IMG/VR virus record: IMGVR_UViG_3300044960_000873
Span: 1-57,352 of that record
DNA length: 57,352 bases
Strand: one strand, 5' to 3'
Source of the DNA: a virus
Lineage: Duplodnaviria > Caudoviricetes
Shown: positions 20,298 through 30,326 of the stretch, one piece after another
Position numbering within the stretch: position 1 is the first letter of the stretch
How the letters are laid out: each line of letters opens with the position of its first letter
The notes under the pieces: generated by a model
The model's input: only the letters and a program-made list of their open reading frames with translations
Told to the model about the DNA's origin: nothing
Database searches by the model: none
Made by a program: the position numbers and the translations under genes

Positions 20298-20930
20298 ACG
20301 CGCCCCTCTAGATAGTCAAACAAACGTTTGGTTTGCCATTTCCGCTCGGCAGTCTGTGCGTCATCCCGTGCAGCAGCCCATGCGGCAGCCCGCGCCGCAT
20401 GTACTGCAGCGAGCCACGCGGCACTCTGCGCAGCATCCCAGTCGGTGTCCCAATCTGCGGCCATCGCCGCGGCGTAGGCCGCCTCCCGCGCTGCTTTCGC
20501 CGCAGCAACATCCCGTGCAGTAGCCATCTCGGCAGCCAATTGGGCATCCCACGCGGCAGTCGCGGCATCCCGTGCGGCATCCCACGCGGCAGCCCGTGCG
20601 GCATCCCATGCAGCAGCCGCAATCATGCCCTTCGCGTAGGCGCGGCTGGCCGCGATTGCGTCGCGTGGCCGCGAGTCATTGGGATACGCCTGCGTGTACA
20701 GGTGCAGCACATGTTCAGCGCAGTCGGCGGCGAATAGCCACGCGGTGCGTTCGTTCCACGTCTGGAGCTGCCGCACCAACCGCGCCCGGCGGACGACGAC
20801 ACTGTGCTCAGTCACGATCATCTCGGCCTCATCCACCTCAGCCTCCCAGATGGTAGGTCCGAGGCAGTAGATCAGGTCCTGCCGACGGAAGACGTGCAGT
20901 CCATGTTCGTTTCGTTCTCTAGTACAAACA
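20294..20930 (-). CDS. Imm5-like domain phage protein with AAWDAA repeats; start uncertain, possibly 5'-truncated
   Basis: GLH motif, LFAADCAEHVL...DSRPRDAIAASR, AAWDAA repeats. Confidence 0.6.
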
Positions 20931-21579
20931 CCCAAACGGATTTGGGGTCGTATTGTTTGCCGCGCCCCCAATTCCCGCCAGCGATTCCGCCGGGGACGTC
21001 TGCCACCTTGCGCCAGCCGTCGAACCGATAGATATCTCCTGTGTGGCGGATTGCGTTGGCATAACTCACACAAGCGCGCACCTGCCAATATACGCTAGAC
21101 CATGCTGGCGGAGCTGTAATGCGCCATAAACGGAGCGCGACTCGCGTTAGATTGCGATGCTCAGGATGGGCACAGAGACGTGCCAATTCCACACATTCTC
21201 GCCGATCAAATCCCGCGCAACGTCGATTCACGGTGCTGGCCGACACCGCTACCGCGACAAGCTCTGTGCCCAGCCATAATCCGAACGATTGCCTGCCAAA
21301 TGGCCGAGTGCTAGCCCCCAGCCAATGACCCCACTGTTCTAATGCGGCATCTGCCTCACAATCTGGGATGCGATTCCAGGCCACTAAGGGAAGAAGAGGC
21401 AGCGACATCGTCACTGGCAGTGCGTCCTGTGCAACCGGGATGTCATTCGCCTCGCGTCGCCAGTACTCGCGCAACGCATCAGCGATATCCTCGGCGTCCT
21501 CCGCGCTGGCGCACCCAGCGCCACAATCGTCGATGTGTTTGCGGAGCCGCGCCTCGTCTACCTGCCGGCTGAGTGTCAT
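20872..21579 (-). CDS. Mom-like/XF1762-like GNAT-fold putative DNA modification protein
   Basis: HWLG, VELARLC, VSYA, HTGDIYRFDGW motifs. Confidence 0.7.
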   Translation of the reverse strand: MTLSRQVDEARLRKHIDDCGAGCASAEDAEDIADALREYWRREANDIPVAQDALPVTMSLPLLPLVAWNRIPDCEADAALEQWGHWLGASTRPFGRQSFGLWLGTELVAVAVSASTVNRRCAGFDRRECVELARLCAHPEHRNLTRVALRLWRITAPPAWSSVYWQVRACVSYANAIRHTGDIYRFDGWRKVADVPGGIAGGNWGRGKQYDPKSVWVFVLENETNMDCTSSVGRT

Positions 21580-21965
21580 CCTCGCTCCTCTCCATCGTCC
21601 CGACGCAACGTCACGACGACCAATGTGTCAGCCGCGGCGACGCGGCTGAACGTGACCCTGCCGGTGCGGATGTCGTGGTCGTTGCGCACGAGGCCGCGCG
21701 CCTGACACGCGTCACGCACCCCAGCCACCCGCGCCCACACGTTGTCGTCGTCCGGCGGCCGGCCAGCGTAGTAGCGCCACGCCACGTCCATGACGGCCGC
21801 TGGCCAGGGCCATTCCGCCCGGCCGGCGATCTCCAGCAATGCGCACCCCGCCCACTCCCGCTGGTCGCGCATGGCCCGGTAGCGTGCGGACCAATGCCCG
21901 CGGCCATTTTTCGAGAGCACGTTGGGGCAAAGCGGCAGCGGGATGGCGATGGTGACTGTCGTCAT
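21576..21965 (-). CDS. RusA-like Holliday junction resolvase
   Basis: PDDDN...GVRDAC...GLVRND motif. Confidence 0.7.
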   Translation of the reverse strand: MTTVTIAIPLPLCPNVLSKNGRGHWSARYRAMRDQREWAGCALLEIAGRAEWPWPAAVMDVAWRYYAGRPPDDDNVWARVAGVRDACQARGLVRNDHDIRTGRVTFSRVAAADTLVVVTLRRDDGEERG

Positions 21966-22423
21966 ACCGACCGCGCCAGCGCATGCTCGTCGGCAACGGC
22001 AATCGCCCGACGGACCACCAACGCAATCTTGGTGCGCACCTCGTCGCGCCGTTCCGCTGGCACACGGTCATCCCGCAGAAACGCCAGCGCCGCTGCTATA
22101 GCTGGTTCCTCCTCCAGCAGATACTCCAGCCGCAGCGGCAGGAATCCGGCGGACGCCAGCAGCTGGTCAGTGTCGCGCCCGTCCAGATCCATCGCGTGCG
22201 CCAGGCGCAGTACCGTATCACGCGAAGGCAGCCGGCTCCCTGACTCGAGCCGGCTGACGAACGAATGGTCGTACCCGACGCTACGACCGATCGCATCCTG
22301 GGACAGGCAGCTGCGCCGCCGGTAGGCGCGCAGCAATTCCCCGAATGGCGGCCGGACCAATTCGCTCCGCGTCACCCCACGCCCACAACCAACAGTCCCC
22401 AAGCACATACCACCGTTCCGCAT
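21962..22423 (-). CDS. XRE-family HTH protein
   Basis: LSQDAIGRSVGYDHSFVSRLESG. Confidence 0.85.
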   Translation of the reverse strand: MRNGGMCLGTVGCGRGVTRSELVRPPFGELLRAYRRRSCLSQDAIGRSVGYDHSFVSRLESGSRLPSRDTVLRLAHAMDLDGRDTDQLLASAGFLPLRLEYLLEEEPAIAAALAFLRDDRVPAERRDEVRTKIALVVRRAIAVADEHALARSV

Positions 22424-22473
22424 GTCAGCAGCCTGTTCTATCCCCTCGTCGCGCCTTCATGGCCGCTCCAGCG

Positions 22474-22872
22474 TCACCGCCGCGCACACGGCTCGTCGCT
22501 GCGAGGATCGCCACGCAATATTCGCTCAACCTCGCCGTTCAACCAGTCGGACGGACGGACGACGTAGCACGCGACGCCTGGAACGTATGCCAGCTCCGAC
22601 AACCAATCATCCTGTTCCGGCGTCGGGTGTTGGCCTTCACGTTTGCACTCGATGGCCAACAGCCGGTCATAGCCCACCGCGATGATGTCCGGGAATCCCG
22701 GCGTGGAACGCCTCGAATCGAACGTGTGATACACCAGATAACCGCATGCGCGGGCCAGGTCCAGCACGTATTGCAGGAGTTGCTTTTCGCTCATGCGCTT
22801 GGCAGTTGCCTCGCGGAACTCGGCAACGGGGATGGGGTCACCAATTGTGTATGGCGGCGTGATGCGCGTCAT
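22474..22872 (-). CDS. VRR-NUC domain nuclease
   Basis: GFPDI...IECK...TPEQDDW PD-(D/E)xK pattern. Confidence 0.85.
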   Translation of the reverse strand: MTRITPPYTIGDPIPVAEFREATAKRMSEKQLLQYVLDLARACGYLVYHTFDSRRSTPGFPDIIAVGYDRLLAIECKREGQHPTPEQDDWLSELAYVPGVACYVVRPSDWLNGEVERILRGDPRSDEPCARR

Positions 22873-23471
22873 GCGACGCCCCGCATGCGATGCCAGCGGT
22901 TCGCGACGGAACTGATTGACCGACCGAGCCGCTGCGCGATGACGGCATACGCCGCACCCGACGAGCGCATCTCACGCAGCACCGCGTCATCGTCGGTTGT
23001 CCATGCCCGGAGCTGCAGACCATGGCGGCTCCGCTGCCCAGGCGGGACGAACCCAGCCAGGTCCGACTCGCGCACCAGATGGTTACCATTGCACACAGCC
23101 GGAATCCGCCCCTCTCGTATCCAATTCTCCACCGTTCGGCTCGTGACGTAATAGCGCTCCGCCACCTCGGTGAGGCGCAAAAACCGCACCCCGGCACGCA
23201 ACTCGGACGCCCATTCCCGCAGGCACGGCTCGGTAATGCGCTCAGGACGCCAGCGGTGCCAGTGCGCTTCATCCTCCAGAAACTCCAGCAGTCGGTCCTC
23301 CCAGACCAGCCATCGCCGGTGTGGCCCAACCCGTTGGCCACGTTTGCCGTACAACCAGCCACGCTCGATCCAGCGCACGACCGTCTTCGAGCACCCGATC
23401 CCCAATAGGTCAGCAACTGCCCGCGCGCTCAATACGAGTTTCCCGCGTGATCGCAGACCATTTCGATCCAA
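22869..23471 (-). CDS. Multi-HTH DNA-binding protein
   Basis: Two excisionase-type HTHs plus a C-terminal WTxxDD...IAQRLGRS HTH. Confidence 0.75.
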   Translation of the reverse strand: MDRNGLRSRGKLVLSARAVADLLGIGCSKTVVRWIERGWLYGKRGQRVGPHRRWLVWEDRLLEFLEDEAHWHRWRPERITEPCLREWASELRAGVRFLRLTEVAERYYVTSRTVENWIREGRIPAVCNGNHLVRESDLAGFVPPGQRSRHGLQLRAWTTDDDAVLREMRSSGAAYAVIAQRLGRSISSVANRWHRMRGVA

Positions 23472-23598
23472 CCCTCCAGTTGGAATAGGTCATGCGCTGT
23501 CCAGCGCCGACGCGAGCGGTGTGCGCGTACCGACGCGTGATACGATGCAACCGGACACGCGCGCACACGTTCCGCGCCATCACGTCGGTCCGTGTGTG

Positions 23599-24012
23599 TC
23601 ACGCCAACTCCCCCCGCCAACGCGCCGCTTGCCGCGCATATTCCGCCGCAGCGTCGGGAGCGGCCGCGTCGTCCGCAGCCGTGCGCGCGGCGTCACGCGC
23701 TTCCAAATCCGCCATCCGCGCCTGCATCTTCCTCCACGATGTCCAGCACGGCGCCGCTCCGTCTCGTCCGATGCCGATAGCATCGGGACAACACACCCAT
23801 GGACGGTAATGGGGAACATTGGCCGCTATCGGTTCCTCCGCCAGGAGTTCACTCGTCCGCTTCTCCCGCATCAGCTCGTCCTCGCCGAACCAGCGCACGA
23901 GCCCCGTACTCGTCATCCGCACGTGATACCCGCCGTCCAGCGCTGCCACGATCACCCCGGTGCAGCCCTCGTAACAGCCGTGAGATATCCGCACGAAATC
24001 TCCGTCGTTCAT
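23599..24012 (-). CDS. Hypothetical protein with KOW-like motif
   Basis: GDFVRISHGCYEGCTGVI; GAAGG RBS. Confidence 0.5.
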   Translation of the reverse strand: MNDGDFVRISHGCYEGCTGVIVAALDGGYHVRMTSTGLVRWFGEDELMREKRTSELLAEEPIAANVPHYRPWVCCPDAIGIGRDGAAPCWTSWRKMQARMADLEARDAARTAADDAAAPDAAAEYARQAARWRGELA

Positions 24013-24710
24013 CGACACACCTTCCGACAGATCGCCGGGTTCCTCGCGCCGAGATGCGGTCGAGACGGCGTCGTCCATGCTCCCGCATCCCAGAGCGCCC
24101 GCTGCTGTTTCACGGCCTGCCATGTTTGCAGCCGTTCGACGCACTCCCGCGGGTTGAACGCGACGTAGGTCCCGTCGCACGAGTCGTAGCCGCCTGCGTA
24201 GGCCGCGCGAAACCGGATTCGACTATTCACCCGGCCCATGTGCGTCCATTTCCCGCGACGTTTTGCCTCGGCCACTAAGGCAAAGGCGGGTTCCGAGAGC
24301 TTCCATGCGGTGCTTCCGCCCGTAAACAGACAGTCAAACGCATCCCAGGGCACCGGGAGCTTGTCCTGCCCGTCCTGCGAGACAAAGGCGGCTGGAAACC
24401 CCATCTCGCGGATGACCGGCAGGTAGGCGCGCGACCGCTCCCACGTTGCGGCCGCGTCGCCGACGACGTCCGGCGCGACGACGAACAGGCACTTCGTCGC
24501 GAATGGGATGAACCCCTCCAGCTGCTTCAACCACCGGTCCGCATCGAACCGATCTCCCGCCGCGTAGCAGCCGTTGTCGCAGGCGAATGCAGGGTACCGC
24601 TGCAGCCGGTCCGGGCAGTGACCGTGCCGGGGGTTCCACATGAACCCCGCACCCATGGCGATCAGCTTGTCTTCGATCGCCCCGCGCGTTGCGCCAGTCA
24701 GGTACATCAT
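24009..24710 (-). CDS. DpdA-like/TGT-like guanine transglycosylase
   Basis: DNGCY, APDVVGD, QDG, FTGGSTAWK, HMGRVNS, SCDGT motifs; adjacent to a VUT transporter. Confidence 0.7.
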   Translation of the reverse strand: MMYLTGATRGAIEDKLIAMGAGFMWNPRHGHCPDRLQRYPAFACDNGCYAAGDRFDADRWLKQLEGFIPFATKCLFVVAPDVVGDAAATWERSRAYLPVIREMGFPAAFVSQDGQDKLPVPWDAFDCLFTGGSTAWKLSEPAFALVAEAKRRGKWTHMGRVNSRIRFRAAYAGGYDSCDGTYVAFNPRECVERLQTWQAVKQQRALWDAGAWTTPSRPHLGARNPAICRKVCR

Positions 24711-25222
24711 CCCGCCGGCGCCGCCACTCGCTCGCGCCGACGGAGGAACCACAGCGCCACAACCGCGCCGGCCGTCATATACGCCTTCGCCAACATCTGT
24801 CCCGGGATGAACGCGAGCGATCCGAACGCCAACCACAGAAACACCGCCGAATCGACCGTCAGACCGACGCTGTTGCTCAACGCCACCGCGCCCAGCCATC
24901 GTCGCGCGCGCAGACGCGCGTATACCGCGAAGTCCGCTACCTCACTCAGCAAAAACGCCGTCGCCGATGCGGCGGCGAACGTCGGCGACACGAACCAAGA
25001 GAGCGCCGCGCCGACCAGGATCGCGACGATCACCCACGAGCGGCCCAGCCACTCGTGCGTCAGGTCCCGAAACGTGAAGGCGAGTCCCGCCGCGAATACA
25101 CCCGCCGGCGCATCCCATCCGAACCCCACGGGCACGATGCCGTAGCGCTGGATCGCCCAGTTCGCCGCGAAGATCGTTCCGATGTACCCCGCGCACGCCG
25201 CGATCCCGTAGTAGCGGCTCAT
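24707..25222 (-). CDS. VUT-family (YhhQ-like) queuosine-precursor transporter
   Basis: Hydrophobic; AANW, FTFRD, AFLLSEVADFAVY, SNSVGLTVDSAVF. Confidence 0.85.
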   Translation of the reverse strand: MSRYYGIAACAGYIGTIFAANWAIQRYGIVPVGFGWDAPAGVFAAGLAFTFRDLTHEWLGRSWVIVAILVGAALSWFVSPTFAAASATAFLLSEVADFAVYARLRARRWLGAVALSNSVGLTVDSAVFLWLAFGSLAFIPGQMLAKAYMTAGAVVALWFLRRRERVAAPAG

Positions 25223-25271
25223 TCCGTTCCGCGCCTCCCTCTTCTGCTTCCCTGCTCGCGTCCGCGCCGAT

Positions 25272-26303
25272 TCACGCGGGCCAACGCTGCCGTGGCCGGC
25301 CCTGCTCGTCGTACCACTGCGCCAGCAACCCATTTGGCCGGATCTCCAACGGCGGCGGCGGATTCCAGTATGCCGGCGCCACCGCCGCCGTCTCCTGGTA
25401 GTCCAGCTCCACAACCGCTGGCGATGCTCTGCTCGGCGGCACATACACCCGCGTGAACCAATTCGTCAGCGCATTTTTCCAGCCGGCGAACCGCTTCTCT
25501 CCCTGGTTCGCCCGCCTCATGCTCCAGTAGTCGCGGAACTTCATCGCCTCCACACGCAGTTGCGCGTACCCGATAGCCGGACCATCGCGGCAGGCCAGCA
25601 CCTCCCGCAGGTGCGCGACCACCGCCGCCTCTTGTATCGCGCCCATACCAGGAACTGCGCGGATGATCGCCACGATCTCCCGTTCCTCGGCCGATACCTC
25701 CCGTTCCTCATCGATCATCGCGGCAGCTGCAGCTGGCGGCATGCCGCCAGCTTCTCTTCTTTTCTTTTCTATTCTTTTCTTTTCTATTAGGGCCGACTGG
25801 TCGTCGATTGATCGTCGACTGGTCGTCGATTGATCGTCGACTGGTCGTCGATTGATCGTCGACTGGTCGTCGACTGGTCGTCGATTGATCGTCGACTGGT
25901 CGTCGACTGGTCGTCGACTGGTCGTCGACTGGTCGGGGATGGAATCCGAAGCCAATTCCTCCGCCTCGTCCGGGCCAGGCAACAAACTGGGGGCCGGTTT
26001 CTCGATCCGCTGCCAGGTGTTGTAATTGCGGAATACCAGGTACGCCTTCCCGGCCACCACGTAACGCCGCAATTGGCTCATGCTGCGCAGCACCGCCGCG
26101 AGGTCCGCCTCGATCGTCTCCAGGTCGCACCCGCCATAGACCGCCGGCAGCATCAGCCGGATCGCCCGCGCCGAGCCTTTCAGCCGCCCCTCATCGTCCG
26201 CGTTGGAGAACAACCCGATGTAGAGCACCTGCTGCGCCGGGGTGAGTTCGGAAAACCCGTCGTCGCTCCAGATCGTCGGGTCGATCATCCGTTTTCGCGC
26301 CAC
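25272..26303 (-). CDS. Phage replication initiator (lambda O-like arrangement)
   Basis: MARKRMIDP...ADDEGR N-terminus; internal iterons and EKKRIEKKRR linker; next to DnaB. Confidence 0.85.
   Translation of the reverse strand: MARKRMIDPTIWSDDGFSELTPAQQVLYIGLFSNADDEGRLKGSARAIRLMLPAVYGGCDLETIEADLAAVLRSMSQLRRYVVAGKAYLVFRNYNTWQRIEKPAPSLLPGPDEAEELASDSIPDQSTTSRRPVDDQSTINRRPVDDQSTINRRPVDDQSTTSRRSIDDQSALIEKKRIEKKRREAGGMPPAAAAAMIDEEREVSAEEREIVAIIRAVPGMGAIQEAAVVAHLREVLACRDGPAIGYAQLRVEAMKFRDYWSMRRANQGEKRFAGWKNALTNWFTRVYVPPSRASPAVVELDYQETAAVAPAYWNPPPPLEIRPNGLLAQWYDEQGRPRQRWPA
25751..25935. repeat. Replication origin: about 13 tandem 11-bp iterons plus an A/T-rich tract
   Basis: GACTGGTCGTC/GATTGATCGTC units at 25795-25935; pyrimidine and AT-rich run at 25751-25789. 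Confidence 0.8.
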
Positions 26304-27637
26304 TATTCGACCCCGTCCCACATATCGCACGAGACGAACTCCGCCGTCCGCGCCCGAAACCGCATGCGTCCCACGCCGGTCGGTCCATTCCGGTGTTTCG
26401 CGACGATCAACTCGGCCATCCCCGCCTCGGCCGACGTGTCGTACTGGTCCGGCCGGTGGATGAACACGATCACATCCCCGTCCTGCTCGAGGCTGCCTGA
26501 CTCACGCAGGTCGGACAGGATCGGCCGCGGCGGCGTGCGCCGTTCCACCGCCCGGCTCAACTGCGCCAACGCCAGCACGGCGACGTCCAGCTCCCGCGCG
26601 AGCCGTTTCATCTCGCCGGAGACCAATGTCATCTCCTGCACTCGGTTCTCCGGCCGTCGCCGCCCCTGGCCGCTCGGTACCGTCACCAGCTGCAGGTAAT
26701 CGACGATCAGCACGGCGATGCCCCGTTCCGCGTGCATCCGCCGCGCCCGTCCCACCACCGACGAAAGCGACATGTCCGGCGCGTCGCTGATGTACAGCGG
26801 CCGTTCCGCCAACTGGGCGAATGCGCGCATCACCGCGCTCGTCTCCGCCTCGTTTCCGCCGGCCAACTGGTAGGCGTACATGTCCACGCCTGAGTTCAGT
26901 GCCAGGAACCGGGACGCCAGCCCCGCCTCATGCATCTCCAGCGAGAGGAACCCGACCGGCGTTCCGCGCAGGCTCACCGCGTTGGCGATCTGCACCGCCA
27001 GCGCCGTCTTCCCCACCGACGGCCGCGCCGCCACGATCGTCAACTCCCCGCGCCGCAAGCCGCCGATGATCCGGTCGAGCGGGTAAATCCCCGTCTCAAT
27101 GGGCCGCACCGCCGGCTGCCCCAACGCGTCGAACACCCGCTCCGCGATCTCGGCCATCGCCCGATACTCCGTCCCCATGCGCGCCATCGCCGCCTCGGTC
27201 AGCGCCTCGGTCGAGCGGGCCGTCACCTCCTCGATGCTCAGCCCCCGGTCCATCGCCGCCTCGCCGATCGCGCGCGCCGCCGTCAACAACCGTCGCCGCA
27301 CCGCCGCCTCGCGCACCCGGCCAGCGTAATATCCCGCGTGCACCGCCGTCGGCGTCGCGGCGATCAGCTCCGCCAGGTAGGCCTCTCCGCCGGCGTCGCC
27401 CAAGGTCCCCCGGTCGCGCAGCTCCGCCGCGAGCAGCAGCAGGTCGATCGGCACACGTCGTTCGAACAGCGCCACCATCGCCGCCCAGATCGCCTGGTGC
27501 GCCGCGCGGTAAAAGTCGCTTGGCTCCAGCCGCGTCGATAGGCTGATGATCGTCTCGCGGTCGATCAGGCAGGCGCCCAGCACCGCCTGTTCCGCATCGA
27601 TTTCGTGCGGTGGCAACTCCGGCGTTCGCCATCCCAC
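26303..27637 (-). CDS. dnaB: Replicative DNA helicase
   Basis: AARPSVGKT, VDYLQL, LAQLSR, DLRESGSLEQD, KHRNGPTG. Confidence 0.97.
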   Translation of the reverse strand: MGWRTPELPPHEIDAEQAVLGACLIDRETIISLSTRLEPSDFYRAAHQAIWAAMVALFERRVPIDLLLLAAELRDRGTLGDAGGEAYLAELIAATPTAVHAGYYAGRVREAAVRRRLLTAARAIGEAAMDRGLSIEEVTARSTEALTEAAMARMGTEYRAMAEIAERVFDALGQPAVRPIETGIYPLDRIIGGLRRGELTIVAARPSVGKTALAVQIANAVSLRGTPVGFLSLEMHEAGLASRFLALNSGVDMYAYQLAGGNEAETSAVMRAFAQLAERPLYISDAPDMSLSSVVGRARRMHAERGIAVLIVDYLQLVTVPSGQGRRRPENRVQEMTLVSGEMKRLARELDVAVLALAQLSRAVERRTPPRPILSDLRESGSLEQDGDVIVFIHRPDQYDTSAEAGMAELIVAKHRNGPTGVGRMRFRARTAEFVSCDMWDGVE

Positions 27638-27685
27638 GCCACACCTCGCTCGTCGCAGCCACGCTGTTCCCCGCTGGCGTCCGCC

Positions 27686-28486
27686 TTACCCCTCGCTCCA
27701 ACAGCGTGCCTTCGCTGCGCTGAGCGCTTCCTCCACGGCTGGTTCCTCGCGGATACCCAGCCGCACCGCCTCCGCGTGCAGCTGACGCACCCGCGCCCGG
27801 TGGTGTTCGTCCACGCATTCCTGCGCCTCCGTCACGATGCGCAGAATGTGGACCGCATCGAGTCCGGCCTCTGTCGCGCTGGGCAACGACTCTCCGGTCG
27901 CTCCATCGACCGTGTCCGCGCCTGGGCTCACCACCACGAGCTGTCCCTCGGCGTCGACTTCGACCTCGGCGCCGAGCTCTTCCGGCGTATACATCCCGCC
28001 GATGCTGTCCGGGAACGCCATCCGCGCTACGGCCGAGATCGAGCGCGCGCGCAACATCGCCGCCGGGTATTTCAGCCAACTGGGGTTGTTGAGCAAACCG
28101 GCCCGTTTCGCGTCCTCCAGCGTAAACGCGTACCGCTGCCGGCTCGTCCATCCCCGGCGTTTGTATGAGACCTCGCAGCGCGTCTCGTCGGTGTGGGTGA
28201 ATATCACCGCCCCATCACCGTGGTCGCGGTAAATCAACGCGAGCATGAGCTCGCTGTTCGCCGTCGGTTTCCCCTGGAGATGCAAAATGTTCGACAGCGC
28301 GTACATCGGCGGGACGCCCAGTTCCCGCCCGCGCTGCATGACCGCCAACGCAGCCTGCCAGGTGGTGATATGTTTGGGCAGCAGCCCCGAAGCCACCAGC
28401 GCCTCCGCCATCTGGGTCATCGTCTGCCACTCCTCAACGGAGGGCAGCAAGCTCATCCCGGCTGTCACGGCCGGCAATTGGGTCAT
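27686..28486 (-). CDS. RecT-like single-strand annealing recombinase
   Basis: GRELGVPPM...QGKP, WLKYPAAMLRAR, GMYTPEE. Confidence 0.75.
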   Translation of the reverse strand: MTQLPAVTAGMSLLPSVEEWQTMTQMAEALVASGLLPKHITTWQAALAVMQRGRELGVPPMYALSNILHLQGKPTANSELMLALIYRDHGDGAVIFTHTDETRCEVSYKRRGWTSRQRYAFTLEDAKRAGLLNNPSWLKYPAAMLRARSISAVARMAFPDSIGGMYTPEELGAEVEVDAEGQLVVVSPGADTVDGATGESLPSATEAGLDAVHILRIVTEAQECVDEHHRARVRQLHAEAVRLGIREEPAVEEALSAAKARCWSEG

Positions 28487-28648
28487 GGTCGTTCCTCTCA
28501 GCGCCAGCCGGCGGCCAACGCCGCCGTGGCCAATACGCAGGTGAACAGCGTCGTCAAGGTCAGCAACAGCGCGCAGCCGAGCATGCGCGCGCTGGCCTCC
28601 AGGTCGTCCTCGCCATCCATCGCTCGCCTCATTCCCACCGAGAGCGCC

Positions 28649-28975
28649 TCAGTGGATCAGGTTCCAGCACACGAGGAACACGCCGCTCCACATCGCTCCG
28701 CCGGCCACGCCGGCGAGCATGAGCAGCGCCGCCTCCCCCACTCGCCGCCTGTTCACCCCGCGCGGCGCGCCGGACGGCGATGACGATGGCGCGCCGGGGC
28801 AGGCAATCAGGTCGAGCAACCGTTCCCAATCCCGGTCGGCTGGGGGCGATATCCTCGCCCCCAGTTCCCACCCCGCCGAGAGCACATCGCCCGCTGGCGG
28901 ATACATCGGCAGGGTTTCGTGCCGGAGCCGAACGTACATGCTGACGAGCGTGTCATCCGGCTCGTAACGCTTCAT
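28649..28975 (-). CDS. Hypothetical protein with C-terminal TM segment
   Basis: Coupled start MKRYEPDD. Confidence 0.45.
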   Translation of the reverse strand: MKRYEPDDTLVSMYVRLRHETLPMYPPAGDVLSAGWELGARISPPADRDWERLLDLIACPGAPSSSPSGAPRGVNRRRVGEAALLMLAGVAGGAMWSGVFLVCWNLIH

Positions 28976-29529
28976 GCTTCGTTCTCCACGTCCCACCCGG
29001 GGTCGTCGGCGCCGACGTAACGTGCGAACTCGTCCGCCGTTATCGCGTCCTCGTCCGCGTACGGATCGCGGCCGGCCATCGGCGGCGGACTCCAGGCCGG
29101 CTCCTCGTCGTGCTGCTCGGAGCAGCACGACGTCTCCTCCGCCAGGATCGCGCCCAGCTGCTCCAAGCTGTCGACGAGGTACTGCCTCACTCGCCCGCAC
29201 CCCTCACACCGGTGCGTCATATGCATCTGGGGGTCATAATCGCTGAACCCCCAGTGCCGCACCGCGCTTCCGCGAAACGTGAACGCGATGCCATCGATCA
29301 TCACGGTGGCGACCAGACACCCTCGGTAGCCCTCCTCCGTGATGACGATCTTTGCCGGGTCCAGGCTGATCCCGAAACATACCTGGACCCGGTTCGTCAC
29401 GTGTTCCCGCACGGACCGTTCGTGCGCCGCAATACGCCCCAACCGCTCGGCCTCCAGCCGAGCCTCCCGCGCCGCATGCGCGGCCAGTGCGCGCTCCCGC
29501 AGCGTCGCCAGTTGTGTTGCTGTGCTCAT
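28972..29529 (-). CDS. Hypothetical protein
   Basis: AGGA RBS; start MSTATQL; CxxC. Confidence 0.55.
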   Translation of the reverse strand: MSTATQLATLRERALAAHAAREARLEAERLGRIAAHERSVREHVTNRVQVCFGISLDPAKIVITEEGYRGCLVATVMIDGIAFTFRGSAVRHWGFSDYDPQMHMTHRCEGCGRVRQYLVDSLEQLGAILAEETSCCSEQHDEEPAWSPPPMAGRDPYADEDAITADEFARYVGADDPGWDVENEA

Positions 29530-29592
29530 GGTGTTATCCTGTCCGTACACTCTCACGCATCGCCTGTCCCCGGCCGCTGTCACCGGCTGGGG

Positions 29593-29958
29593 TCAGGCCG
29601 CGTTCTGCGGCAGCGCCTCGGCCTCGGTCCAGGGGACGAGCCGCCCCAGGTCGTAGCCGATCTCCTCGGCCTGCCGGGCGATCTCGCGCTCGTAGCGCAG
29701 CGTGCGCGGGGTCACCCCGCCGGCCAGTTCTCCCCAGGCTCGCCGTTCACCCGCGTCGGTCCATTGCGCCGCGATCAGCGCCTCGGCGCATTCCCGCGCC
29801 AGCCGCGCCAACAACAGCCGCGTGCGCGACACCTCCGACGGGCTGATCAGACCGTCGGCGCAGGCTTCCTCGAACATGCGCCGGAACTCTCCCAGCGCGT
29901 CGTACACATCCTCCACCTCGGCGATTGCCCGCACGGCTCGCCGTTCGTGCGAGGTCAT
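29593..29958 (-). CDS. Phage regulatory CII-like protein
   Basis: ADGLISPSE motif; GGAGG RBS; downstream of cro. Confidence 0.45.
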   Translation of the reverse strand: MTSHERRAVRAIAEVEDVYDALGEFRRMFEEACADGLISPSEVSRTRLLLARLARECAEALIAAQWTDAGERRAWGELAGGVTPRTLRYEREIARQAEEIGYDLGRLVPWTEAEALPQNAA

Positions 29959-30326
29959 GCCCACCTCCATTCGCCTGACATGCGTGCCATTGGGCCAATG
30001 GCCGCTATGCTCGTCCTGGGTGGCCCGTTCGCCACCGGCGAGCCGGCCAACCGGGGAGTCTGACGACCGGTTGCCCAGCTCGCCGGTGGCGGGCGCCGCG
30101 CCAGAGATCCAGCGCCGCGCCACGCCACGGAGAGAGGAGGAGTGAGGGATGCAATGGGGACCGGCGGCGGCGCAGTGTGGGGAACGCCGCCGCCGGCGTG
30201 CGGAAGGAAGATCCCGTGCCGAGGGGAATCGGCACCTGGCAACCGCCAGCGGTCGGCCAGCGGCTGTCACGTGCCGGCCGGCGAACCAGCCGGCACGCGC
30301 AGGGAGGAGTGAGGAGGAAATATGCA

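Noticed and set aside
20380-20620. AAWDAA-encoding repeats as a DGR or nucleic-acid array
   Set aside because: Ordinary low-complexity protein repeats; no reverse transcriptase seen in the genome
25795-25935. Tandem repeats as a CRISPR or guide array
   Set aside because: No unique spacers; location inside the initiator next to an AT-rich tract fits iterons
182-30000. Many long plus-strand Arg/Pro-rich ORFs in the track
   Set aside because: Shadow ORFs of GC-rich minus-strand genes, without motifs or RBS (except 6168-6614)
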